A stretch of 22,501 nucleotides of DNA from Candidatus Thorarchaeota archaeon (lineage in GTDB: Archaea > Asgardarchaeota > Thorarchaeia > Thorarchaeales > Thorarchaeaceae). Where the stretch lies: positions 7,499-29,999 of the forward strand of contig JBHLQM010000044.1 of assembly GCA_048884785.1 (NCBI GenBank), in the 5' to 3' direction. Below the pieces are notes generated by a model. The model was not told the origin of the DNA, ran no database searches, and saw only the letters and a list, made by a program, of their open reading frames with translations. Each line of letters opens with the position of its first letter. Positions within the stretch are counted from its first letter, which is position 1. Below, in pieces: positions 8,431 through 16,671 of this stretch. A program made the position numbers and the translations under genes.

Positions 8431-9591
8431 TTATTCAACGATATCAAATTCGGTCCCAACACTTTCTGCACCATCACCGGAAGTTCTTATTTTCCTCATC
8501 CACACGTATAGAAGGACAATTGCTGCTAATCCTCCAATGAGTATAATCGGTTCCAAGCCTATGATGGGCTCATCGCTTTGCTTGATTTCCAGAATGACGA
8601 ACCCATTCTCTTCATCTGTCATATAGATATAATTACCAACCAATTCAATCCGATTGGGCTTGCCACCGTCAGAGTAGCGAGCTACTTCAGTAGGTTGAGA
8701 TGGATTCTGAATATCTAGCAGCAGTAGTCCTAATTCCACATCACAAAGAAAGGCAAGATTGCGTACCATGTCAATGTGAACAGAAAAAGCGTGCAAACTC
8801 TCATCGAATTCGGATACAACTCTGATATTTGATATGTCGCTAATGTTCAGTACCTTAAAGCTCTTTTCCCAATAACTTAGAAAAGCCAAGTCTCCAACGA
8901 TTTCTAGATCGCCCAATTCAGCATCACTAGTCGACTCTCCCACATACTGTGCTACTTGTGTTGGATTAGTACGGTTGGTAATATCAAAAACCGTAAATCC
9001 TGCGTAACTTGTGGTTGCAAAAGCAAGATTCTCCATGACTTCGACATCTGTTGCATCTCCAGCAGTAGATATACTTCCTAGCAATTCAGGTGCTGTGAGG
9101 TTCGTTACATTGACACTTGTAAGAACGCAGCCAATCCCGCTGAATCCATTAGCAACAAAAGCTACATCTTCTACTACTGCTACATCCCATGCGTAGTTTC
9201 CCGTGAATTGGCTCAGAACAACGGGATTGGATTCATCCTCAAAGTTGATTATCTTGAGCCCACCGTTGCCATCACCCACGAACATTGTATCATCCCGCAT
9301 GAAAAGCTGATGTGCGTAGCCGCCCGATGAAGAAGGAACGCTTGCTAGCTCAGTTGGCTCATAAGGATCACTTGTATCAAAGACCTTTACTCCAGAGTAT
9401 CCACATGAAACATAAGTGATATCCTTGTTTGAATCGACCCACACATCATAGGCATCACCAGTTTCAACCTGTCCCACTTTTGTCAGCACAATTTGGTTTG
9501 CGCTTGCACGAAGCACGAAGCAGCTTAGAATGGAGTTCAGAATAGTGATTAGAACTAGGTAGCAAATGACTCTAGTATATCTCCCCTTCAC
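8431..9591 (-). CDS. Secreted, C-terminally membrane-anchored LVIVD-repeat beta-propeller protein
   Basis: N-terminal signal-like segment, seven repeats of about 40 aa (e.g. GVKVFDTSDPYEP, GLKIINFEDESNP, GFTVFDITNRTNP, GLLLLDIQNPSQP), then a TM helix IILIGGLAAIVLLYVWM followed by RKIR. GTG start. Confidence 0.88.
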   Translation of the reverse strand: MKGRYTRVICYLVLITILNSILSCFVLRASANQIVLTKVGQVETGDAYDVWVDSNKDITYVSCGYSGVKVFDTSDPYEPTELASVPSSSGGYAHQLFMRDDTMFVGDGNGGLKIINFEDESNPVVLSQFTGNYAWDVAVVEDVAFVANGFSGIGCVLTSVNVTNLTAPELLGSISTAGDATDVEVMENLAFATTSYAGFTVFDITNRTNPTQVAQYVGESTSDAELGDLEIVGDLAFLSYWEKSFKVLNISDISNIRVVSEFDESLHAFSVHIDMVRNLAFLCDVELGLLLLDIQNPSQPTEVARYSDGGKPNRIELVGNYIYMTDEENGFVILEIKQSDEPIIGLEPIILIGGLAAIVLLYVWMRKIRTSGDGAESVGTEFDIVE

Positions 9592-9869
9592 CTTGGTTTT
9601 CTCCCTAGCCCGGAATCAGATCTCCGTTTCCCTATCTTCACGGTGCTTGAAGATAGAGTTGCATACTGAAAACTCAAGCGCGCTGAGAAATAAGAATAGT
9701 GTTTGGCGCAGACATTGCAGAGAGAATCAAAGTGTGCTTAATGTCACTGCTGAGCTATCTATCGCAATGTCTGTGGTCAAGTCCATGAGATGATGATAAG
9801 TGCAAACATTCGTTTGAGATTCCCTGATGTGCGATAGAGAACTTGTGTTTGAAATCCGGATACAGTCAT

Positions 9870-11219
9870 TTAACCAGATGTTATCTTTGCAGACTCGACC
9901 AATATTGATGGAGAGATCATGTTTTCTCGGCTTTCAATATCTGATCCAATTAGAATTATTCTCTTCAGCAAGTCGGTCATTGTAATTCCGAATAGTGTAC
10001 TTTTCAGAGGATGTATGATTTCACCCTTCGAGAGGAAAAAGCCCTCCATAATCATGGCGCTCAGCTCTCCTGTGATGGGATTAGGCCGATCTAGGGTAAG
10101 AGTGCAGAGAACACCCTTGCTGACTTCTGAAATCATTTCATCAAGAGATGAAGAGCCTGGCGAGATTACCAGATTCGAAATGTCAATGCTCGGAGTAACT
10201 CTATAGGAACCGCGTGCAGCATTACCAGTATCATCCACTTCATCTTTGGCACTACTGTATGAATCGTGAAGATAGCTCTTTAGAATCCCTGAGCCTACTA
10301 GTTGTGTATTCTGGGATGGAAAGCCTTCAGCATCAAAAGGCCGTGATCCAAGAGCATAGGCTTGAACTCCTGTATCCATAATAGATAGTTCAGAGGTGGC
10401 AATCTCCGAGCCCAGCGAATCCACCATGTAAGATTTCCCTTCTTGAATTGTCCTTGCATTAAGGGCCTTGGTAAATCCTTCACGAAGTACTGCCAACAAC
10501 GCTCGAGGACTCAGGATTAGAGGCAAATCACCTCCATCAATCGCTTTCGCACCCCGCAATTCAAGGGCGTACCGAGCAGACTGTGAACCCACTTTCTCAG
10601 GATCAATAGCCGCAAGTCTACGTGAACCTTGAATTTCATCACTTGAGCATTGCTCCCCGCCTGATCCAATAGCAGAATATACCTCTAGTCCTGCTTTCGT
10701 TTCACAGCTTGTTGCATTGATTCCATGTGAATTCACGATAACTCTTGTCTTGGATTCAGCAGTAAACCCCCCCACAATTAGATTGCGCTCCTTTCCTGAA
10801 ACCTCCTGCGAGGCTTGAACTGCACGTTTCATTATTTCGACAGCTTGCTCATATCCGATTTGATCTATTTGTCTGTCAAAGATACCACTGATTTTGGGGT
10901 ATGATGAACGGACGGATGCGAACGATTTGAAGTCCGGATCAGGAACTGATGCACGTGACGCGGCAATCGCGTCCCGAATTGCTTGATCGAGGTCCTTCTC
11001 TAGGATTGAAGTGACATACGAAATCCCTAGCTGATTCCCAAGAGCAACCCGTATCCCGCATCCTGCATCCTGTTTCTCAGCAGCTAGGCGAATTAATCCC
11101 CTCTCAATCTTTACCTCGATTATTTTTGTCGATTCCAAGTATGCTTCAACCTGATTTGCACCTAGGGCTTCAGCGCAATCGACTACATGCGTACCTAGTT
11201 CGATGAGTTGGTGGTTCAT
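9870..11219 (-). CDS. tldE: TldE/PmbA, non-catalytic subunit of the TldDE metalloprotease
   Basis: GCGIRV, IVNSHG, PFDAEGFP, GIL.SYLHD.YS, TGNAAR, ISNL.I.PG, NPITGELS; no HExxxH. ATG 11219 lies 1 nt after the tldD stop. Confidence 0.9.
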   Translation of the reverse strand: MNHQLIELGTHVVDCAEALGANQVEAYLESTKIIEVKIERGLIRLAAEKQDAGCGIRVALGNQLGISYVTSILEKDLDQAIRDAIAASRASVPDPDFKSFASVRSSYPKISGIFDRQIDQIGYEQAVEIMKRAVQASQEVSGKERNLIVGGFTAESKTRVIVNSHGINATSCETKAGLEVYSAIGSGGEQCSSDEIQGSRRLAAIDPEKVGSQSARYALELRGAKAIDGGDLPLILSPRALLAVLREGFTKALNARTIQEGKSYMVDSLGSEIATSELSIMDTGVQAYALGSRPFDAEGFPSQNTQLVGSGILKSYLHDSYSSAKDEVDDTGNAARGSYRVTPSIDISNLVISPGSSSLDEMISEVSKGVLCTLTLDRPNPITGELSAMIMEGFFLSKGEIIHPLKSTLFGITMTDLLKRIILIGSDIESRENMISPSILVESAKITSG

Positions 11220-11220
11220 A

Positions 11221-12612
11221 TTATACGCCTCCCACTGGAACTTGGTGCAATCTTGCATGTGGCCCTCCAGACATCACCCATGCCGCTTGTCCTTGAGTTC
11301 CACAGCTCCCAGCGTCATAGAAGAAGTCCTTGCACACTGCATCCACCTTTGGCAATATTTCGAGTATCTGGCCTGCAATAGAGGCATCACGAACTACATC
11401 TGTTCTTTCACCATTCTCAATCAGTTGGCCATTTACTGATTTGAACATGAACTGGCCCTTTGTAGAATCCGTGTAGCCGTAATCAACATTGCACATGATT
11501 ATACCTTCTTTGGTATCTTCAATCAATTCCTCAAGATCCCAATCGCCAGGCTGCATGAACGTGTTGCTCATTCGAGGAATCGGTGGATGCATGAAGGACA
11601 TCGCTCTTGCGGAACCATTTGCCACCATCTTGAGCCGTGATGCTGTGTCTAGGCTATGCAAGAATTCTGTGAGTATACCGTCTTTCACCATTTGCTTCCT
11701 TGTGGTGCGAGTTCCTTCCCAGTCGTATACATAGGATCCGAGATGTCCTTTTAGGGTCGGATCATCAAATAGATTGATGTGCTCTGGTCCGATACTTGTT
11801 CCCATTCTACCCTGCAGTACTGATGACCCACCGGTCAGCGAATCAGCCTCGCACGCATGACCAAATGCTTCATGGATCAAAGCTCCATTTAGTGGTGGAT
11901 CGACAATAACATCGAAAATCCCACCCTTCACTGCTTTTGATGCCAAGAGTGATAATGCCACTCGCGATGGTTCTTCGACCAGCCATTGCATTCTCTCATC
12001 TGTGATGTCACCTAGACCTCCAGTAAACCCAATGGAGACATGTGCCTGTTGTGTGCTTTTTTCATCTTTGGCTGTGCAGAAAGGAATGAACACAATCTTG
12101 GCACTCTCTTCCATGACACTTGTTCCCAAGGAATTCGCAGCATACATCTCAGTGTAGACATCGCGATAGACTATTCGTGAGTTCTTTACCCTCTTGTCTG
12201 CCTGAAGCATATCGTTGCTTAGTTGCTTTGCTATTCCTATCTTGTAGTCGACAGATGTTTTATTGATAGGAGTCTTGGCCTTGTATTCTATATTATCTTG
12301 AAAAGCTGGAGCTTCAATCTCGAACCGTTCTTCAACCCACTTGCTTGCAGTCACTGCTAGCTTCGCTATTGATTGTGAAGCAATTCTAATCCCATTCTGG
12401 GACAAATCAGTTGTGTAGCCAAATGACCAAGACCCATCCACAAATGCGCGGATACCTGCCCCCTTCTCCGTAGCCAAGACTGTGTTTCTGGTGACTCCAT
12501 TCACAATGTCGAGGTTTGTCTTCCGAGTGTATTCGATTCTAATATCCACAAAGGAGGCTCCCGCACTCAATCCAGCCTCTATTGCAGTTTCACCAAGGTC
12601 TTCCAAGTTCAT
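11221..12612 (-). CDS. tldD: TldD catalytic metalloprotease subunit
   Basis: GAGIRAF, Zn motif HEAFGHACEAD, DDPT, YDWEG, NGSARA, PIPRMSNT, Cys ligand in SCGTQGQ, GGPH. ATGA overlap with the upstream regulator stop. Confidence 0.93.
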   Translation of the reverse strand: MNLEDLGETAIEAGLSAGASFVDIRIEYTRKTNLDIVNGVTRNTVLATEKGAGIRAFVDGSWSFGYTTDLSQNGIRIASQSIAKLAVTASKWVEERFEIEAPAFQDNIEYKAKTPINKTSVDYKIGIAKQLSNDMLQADKRVKNSRIVYRDVYTEMYAANSLGTSVMEESAKIVFIPFCTAKDEKSTQQAHVSIGFTGGLGDITDERMQWLVEEPSRVALSLLASKAVKGGIFDVIVDPPLNGALIHEAFGHACEADSLTGGSSVLQGRMGTSIGPEHINLFDDPTLKGHLGSYVYDWEGTRTTRKQMVKDGILTEFLHSLDTASRLKMVANGSARAMSFMHPPIPRMSNTFMQPGDWDLEELIEDTKEGIIMCNVDYGYTDSTKGQFMFKSVNGQLIENGERTDVVRDASIAGQILEILPKVDAVCKDFFYDAGSCGTQGQAAWVMSGGPHARLHQVPVGGV

Positions 12613-13355
12613 ACCTCCGACTGCGTTCCAAAGAGCAGCTTGCTAATCTTCTGCCAAATCTGCACATACTCGCCATTCCCAATTGCATATGCATCGAGAA
12701 GCCAGTGATACATGTTTACAACTTCGGGATCTGTTACATCAGCTCGCACAAGCCCAGCAATCATCCCCCTCCAAGAGTCCTTGAGTAATTCACTTGCAGT
12801 CAGGAGCCTTACAACCTCTTTCCTATCGCGTGCATTCAATTTGATGTTGAAGATACTCAATGTATCGTCCATTCGTTTACCTTCTCTATCAAGCAAAAAG
12901 TCTTCATCAAAATGTGGTGTAGCCATTGTAACGACAACGTATTTGGATGTCCGACGGTAGTAATCGATAGCTCTCTTGCCCACCCAGAGCGTGCCATACT
13001 TGTGGACGAATCCCAACTCCTCCAGGCGACGAATGTGATGATTTACCTGATTACGAGTGACTTCCTGAAAGCCTACGTGCTTTCTTGATAGTTCCACAAT
13101 CTCGCTGACGGATAAAGCGTATCGAACGGTAGGAGTTTCCTTAATGGTTCGAATACCAGTCTGTTGATCAATTGATGATTCCACCACGAAATCAGCGATA
13201 CCTCGTCCCAAGATCTGATGGATAGCTAATCTAGGTTCTTGTTCAAATTCAGTGGCCAATCGAATGTCGGTTATGAAGATCGCGCCAGTTTGAGGTCGTT
13301 GCCCGGCCTCAGTCAACTCAATCTGAGCAATTGATTGTGGAATTTTGGCAGTCAC
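12609..13355 (-). CDS. ArsR-like winged-helix transcriptional regulator with an inserted segment and a helical C-terminal domain
   Basis: EPRLAIHQIL...ALSVSEIVELS...VTRNQVNHHIRRLEELGFV...wing...YYRRT. GTG 13355 is preceded by AGGTGA and is preferred over TTG 13388, which lies inside the palindrome. Confidence 0.8.
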   Translation of the reverse strand: MTAKIPQSIAQIELTEAGQRPQTGAIFITDIRLATEFEQEPRLAIHQILGRGIADFVVESSIDQQTGIRTIKETPTVRYALSVSEIVELSRKHVGFQEVTRNQVNHHIRRLEELGFVHKYGTLWVGKRAIDYYRRTSKYVVVTMATPHFDEDFLLDREGKRMDDTLSIFNIKLNARDRKEVVRLLTASELLKDSWRGMIAGLVRADVTDPEVVNMYHWLLDAYAIGNGEYVQIWQKISKLLFGTQSEV

Positions 13356-13372
13356 AGAATCACCTACGATTT

Positions 13373-13427
13373 TTGTTTGTTCTAACAAACAATTCTTAGT
13401 ATATTGTTTGCTTTGAGAAGCAAATAA
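13373..13427 (-). promoter_or_regulatory. Tandem palindromic operator candidates flanking a TATA-like box upstream of wHTH-tldD-tldE
   Basis: Perfect TTGTTTGTT-CT-AACAAACAA (13373-13392). Near-perfect TTGTTTGCTT-TGAG-AAGCAAATAA (13404-13427). Minus-strand AATATACTAAG lies between them. Confidence 0.65.
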
Positions 13428-13460
13428 GCGTTGCTACCAACGCAGCTCCATATGGAGCTG
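13428..13460. repeat. Two adjacent inverted repeats
   Basis: GCGTTG-CTAC-CAACGC (13428-13443) and the perfect 18-bp palindrome CAGCTCCATATGGAGCTG (13443-13460). Confidence 0.75.
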
Positions 13461-13645
13461 TTAGAGGAGTAATGCTGGCGATTTGCTTAGTTTTGAAAAG
13501 AGCTAGAGCATCTGGTTGAACATGGTCATCTCCGGCTCCAGTGATTTTTGCTTGATGTATTATCACAAAACCTGAAAGAACCAATAAAACCGGACAATTG
13601 CGCAGAACTAACGGGCTTTTAATCGTCATTCTGGGTCAGAAAACT

Positions 13646-14575
13646 ATGAAAATTCTGACCATAGATGATTTTGGTTATGCAGTGGATATTCTCACGAAAT
13701 ATCAAGAAGGCATTAACTTCCCTGCTCCTTTTGTGGATATGCTGAGAGATGCCATGAAGGCAGAGAGAATCAAAGTATGTCTGACAGAGTCCAATGACAA
13801 CACACCAAATGGGTTTGGTGTCATTGGTAAAGTCAGCGGGCAAATTCATGCAATATGGGTAGATGATAGGGACGGTGCACTGGATCAAGACTACATCAGA
13901 GATTGCGAGAAGGAAATCGTAGAATGGTGCTTTGGGGAGATTGAGAATCCCCCTGATAGAATTGACTTCCCAAAAATGACAGATCCTCTGAAAATGGAAA
14001 TACTTCGTCGAGGCTATATCGAATACAAGCGAGCAGGAATGTCAGCATCAAGAGAGGATTTCCTAGAGAATCATGAGGTATCACTCCCAGAAGGTTTTGC
14101 ATTAGTGCCTTATCAGTCTGCGTTTAGGCATAATGTGGCAGAGGTGATTGCAGAAGCCTACAAAAACCATATTGACGCCATTATCTACCCTGAGTTTTTT
14201 AGCTCAAAAGAAAAGGCATTGGAACTGCTTCAGAAACTTGAGAAGAATGAATTGGGAGAGTTCATTGAGGGGGCATCTCAAGTACTTTTGAAAGGCGAAG
14301 AGGTTATTGGAATTTGTATGATTGTGAAAAAGGAAGAAGACGCAAGCATTTCAGATATAGTAATATCACCATTATATCAGGGCAGGGGATTGGGAAAAGC
14401 ACTTCTTGTAAATACGGTTCTCTCATTCTTTAAATCGGATGATTCAATTAATGCAATAAATCTTGCAGTCACTTTATCAAATCCAGCCAAATATCTCTAT
14501 GAGAAGACAGGATTCAAAATCAAGGGTGAGTTTTCAGCTATTATATACCAAGGCAATGGTGTGGCAACCAACTAA
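13646..14575 (+). CDS. GNAT-family N-acetyltransferase (intact C-terminal GNAT, degenerate N-terminal domain)
   Basis: Motif A ISPLYQGRGLGKALL and motif B NPAKYLYEKTGF. The likely start is ATG 13646 (MKILT). Confidence 0.87.
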   Translation: MKILTIDDFGYAVDILTKYQEGINFPAPFVDMLRDAMKAERIKVCLTESNDNTPNGFGVIGKVSGQIHAIWVDDRDGALDQDYIRDCEKEIVEWCFGEIENPPDRIDFPKMTDPLKMEILRRGYIEYKRAGMSASREDFLENHEVSLPEGFALVPYQSAFRHNVAEVIAEAYKNHIDAIIYPEFFSSKEKALELLQKLEKNELGEFIEGASQVLLKGEEVIGICMIVKKEEDASISDIVISPLYQGRGLGKALLVNTVLSFFKSDDSINAINLAVTLSNPAKYLYEKTGFKIKGEFSAIIYQGNGVATN

Positions 14576-14610
14576 GCTAGTGATAAGACTCGGGGGGCTC
14601 CAACGGCATA

Positions 14611-14967
14611 TTATGGTTCATCTATCAAATCCTTGTTTTTCTGTCGTACTCCTCCAATCATAATTAGTATAGTCCCTGCAAGAAAAGCCAACCCGTAAAG
14701 AGGTGTATGTGATAAAAACCACCAAGGAAGACTAGAAATCACCAAAAGGATATAACCCGAGGAAATCAATGTGAAATTTACCCTTTCCAAATGTTCAAGG
14801 TGCAGACCCCATAGGACAAAAAGACATCCTGCAAAAGCACCGCAGACTAGTATGAATATAGCAAGAGGATCAAGCGGCGGAAACAATGCAATATATGCAA
14901 AAAACTGAATTATCAAAACGAAAATCAGTAGAATTAATCCTGTTCCAAAATATCGGTTATGATTCAC
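14611..14967 (-). CDS. Small hypothetical membrane protein (about 4 TM helices)
   Basis: Four hydrophobic segments and a charged C-tail. It fills the gap between the GNAT and MFS genes. GTG start with GGAG upstream. Confidence 0.65.
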   Translation of the reverse strand: MNHNRYFGTGLILLIFVLIIQFFAYIALFPPLDPLAIFILVCGAFAGCLFVLWGLHLEHLERVNFTLISSGYILLVISSLPWWFLSHTPLYGLAFLAGTILIMIGGVRQKNKDLIDEP

Positions 14968-15124
14968 AGGAATAATTAGCTCCCAATTTCTAAATGAAGA
15001 TTGCGCGAAATGAGTGGACTCGGTTCTGGGAATTACTCTTCCTGACTGGGGAGATTCTGCTCAGCGCACCCTCCCTTATGGCAAAATCCAGATATCAAAT
15101 GGTTGGAAGAAAGGATTCGACCAT

Positions 15125-15149
15125 ATTTATTACAATGAATTATGATTCA
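15125..15149 (+). promoter_or_regulatory. TATA-like box and short palindrome upstream of the MFS-GH38 operon
   Basis: ATTTATTA followed by TGAAT-TATG-ATTCA (15136-15149). Confidence 0.35.
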
Positions 15150-15172
15150 CCTGACGTTAGGGAATAACCATT

Positions 15173-16666
15173 ATGGAAGGCAGAGAAGAGAGTTTACCTA
15201 ACGACATGACTATTGATTTTGATGAACGCTTGCCATTTAGATCGAAATTGGCCTACGGTTTATCTCAGGCTTCTGTCAATCTTCTAGTGAGCATTGCGCT
15301 TGGATCAGCAATCACATTCTACTATAATATCAAACTAGGATTGAGTGAAGAATGGGTCGCACTTGCATGGATCATCTTCGCAGTATGGAATGCAATAAAC
15401 GACCCTCTATTTGGGATTCTGCAGGAGAGGATAGATACAGACATAGGACGACGCATCCCTGTTCTTAGGTATGGAGCACCTTTCTATGCCGTTACTTTCA
15501 TAATATGCTGGTTTCCATTCCTAGGAAGCACTCAGATAGCATTATTCTGGAACTTCCTACTCGTCCTCTTTCTATTCGACACAACGTTCACGATGGTCGG
15601 ATTAGTTCAGACTGCTCTTCCAGCTGAGATGTGTATAACTCAGGAGGCTAGGTCTAATCTTGCATTGTACAATGTGATTCTAGGAACATTTGGCGGCTTA
15701 GTCGCAATGTTAGTGACCTTGATTCTTCTCACTGATGAAGCAACAACCACACTTAATCCCCTATTCCAGCCGCTTATGGTTCTGCTTGGATTAGTAGCAG
15801 GAGTTCTTCTTTTTGGCGCAAGTTATGCTTTGACTGAGAATGAGTATGCAAGAAAGGAGGAAACTCTGAGTTTCAAGGACTCCATGGTTGAAAGCCTAAA
15901 GAATCGGGAGTTTCTTGTTTTTGAGGGGATGAATTTCATCCGGGAGATGGCATTCACAATTGTAACTGGGTCATTGATCTATTTCGTTCAATATGTAATG
16001 CTTCTTACAGGATTCCTGTCATCAATCCCATTAGTTGCCATCTTTGTCGTCATGCTTGTCTTTAGTTTTGTAGCAGACAGGATGGTTAAGAAAAGAGGAT
16101 TAAAACAGGTCTATGTTATTGGACTTATGGTAACAAGCCTTGGTCTTATTCTTCTATTCCTCTCGGGTTCTCTATTTGCTGCAGCGATTTCCAGTCTGAT
16201 TGTAGTTGGAATTGGATTTGCACCAGTTCTTATGATTTGGTCTCCGCTGCTAGCTGACGTAATGGATTATGATGAAATCTTAACAGGGAAGAGAAGAGAA
16301 ACGACATATGCAGGTATGAACGCGTTGATCACCAAACCAGCTATTTCCATAGCGAATGCTTCGTTCCTGCTCATCATCAGCGGATTTGGTTTTGATAATA
16401 CTCAGAGTGTTCAGTCGGACTCCGCAATCTTGGGTATACAATTCGCCTACGCATTATTCTCGGCTATTCTATTCCTAATTTGCGCATTCATCTTTTGGAA
16501 GTGGTATAGTCTTGATGGAAATGAATGGATTGCAAAGAAAATAGAATTGGGAAAGGAGCGACTAAAAAAAGAGAATGCATACATTGTAGGCCTTCGAAGG
16601 GAGGGAAAGATCTCCAGGACCTACGACAAAATCTACAAGCAAAAACAGGAGAGCAATAGGGAGTGA
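15173..16666 (+). CDS. MFS transporter, glycoside-pentoside-hexuronide (GPH/MelB-like) cation symporter
   Basis: KLAYGL, WNAINDPLFG..ERIDT.IGRRIP, LLADVMDYDEILTGKRRE..YAG, about 12 TM helices. Confidence 0.92.
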   Translation: MEGREESLPNDMTIDFDERLPFRSKLAYGLSQASVNLLVSIALGSAITFYYNIKLGLSEEWVALAWIIFAVWNAINDPLFGILQERIDTDIGRRIPVLRYGAPFYAVTFIICWFPFLGSTQIALFWNFLLVLFLFDTTFTMVGLVQTALPAEMCITQEARSNLALYNVILGTFGGLVAMLVTLILLTDEATTTLNPLFQPLMVLLGLVAGVLLFGASYALTENEYARKEETLSFKDSMVESLKNREFLVFEGMNFIREMAFTIVTGSLIYFVQYVMLLTGFLSSIPLVAIFVVMLVFSFVADRMVKKRGLKQVYVIGLMVTSLGLILLFLSGSLFAAAISSLIVVGIGFAPVLMIWSPLLADVMDYDEILTGKRRETTYAGMNALITKPAISIANASFLLIISGFGFDNTQSVQSDSAILGIQFAYALFSAILFLICAFIFWKWYSLDGNEWIAKKIELGKERLKKENAYIVGLRREGKISRTYDKIYKQKQESNRE

Positions 16667-16671
16667 ATACT

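Noticed and set aside
8132-8540. Three short plus-strand ORFs
   Set aside because: They overlap opposite-strand genes and promoter signals and show no motifs.
9708-9774. Possible SECIS element
   Set aside because: The GA-quartet spacing does not fit, and no neighbouring gene shows an in-frame UGA needing readthrough.
9566-9793. 75-aa plus-strand ORF
   Set aside because: It is antisense to the LVIVD start, with no SD or recognisable motif.
11220-11258. Extended TldE N-terminus (MQDCTKFQWEAYN)
   Set aside because: It overlaps the tldD 3' end; ATG 11219 fits coupling better.
13418-13488. tRNA-like cloverleaf
   Set aside because: No T-loop GTTCRA, D-loop pattern or acceptor geometry.
13396-13629. 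77-aa ORF upstream of the regulator as a TldDE precursor peptide
   Set aside because: No SD, it starts only 17 nt from the divergent GNAT start, it runs through palindromes and promoter, and it has no RiPP-like composition. Not fully excluded.
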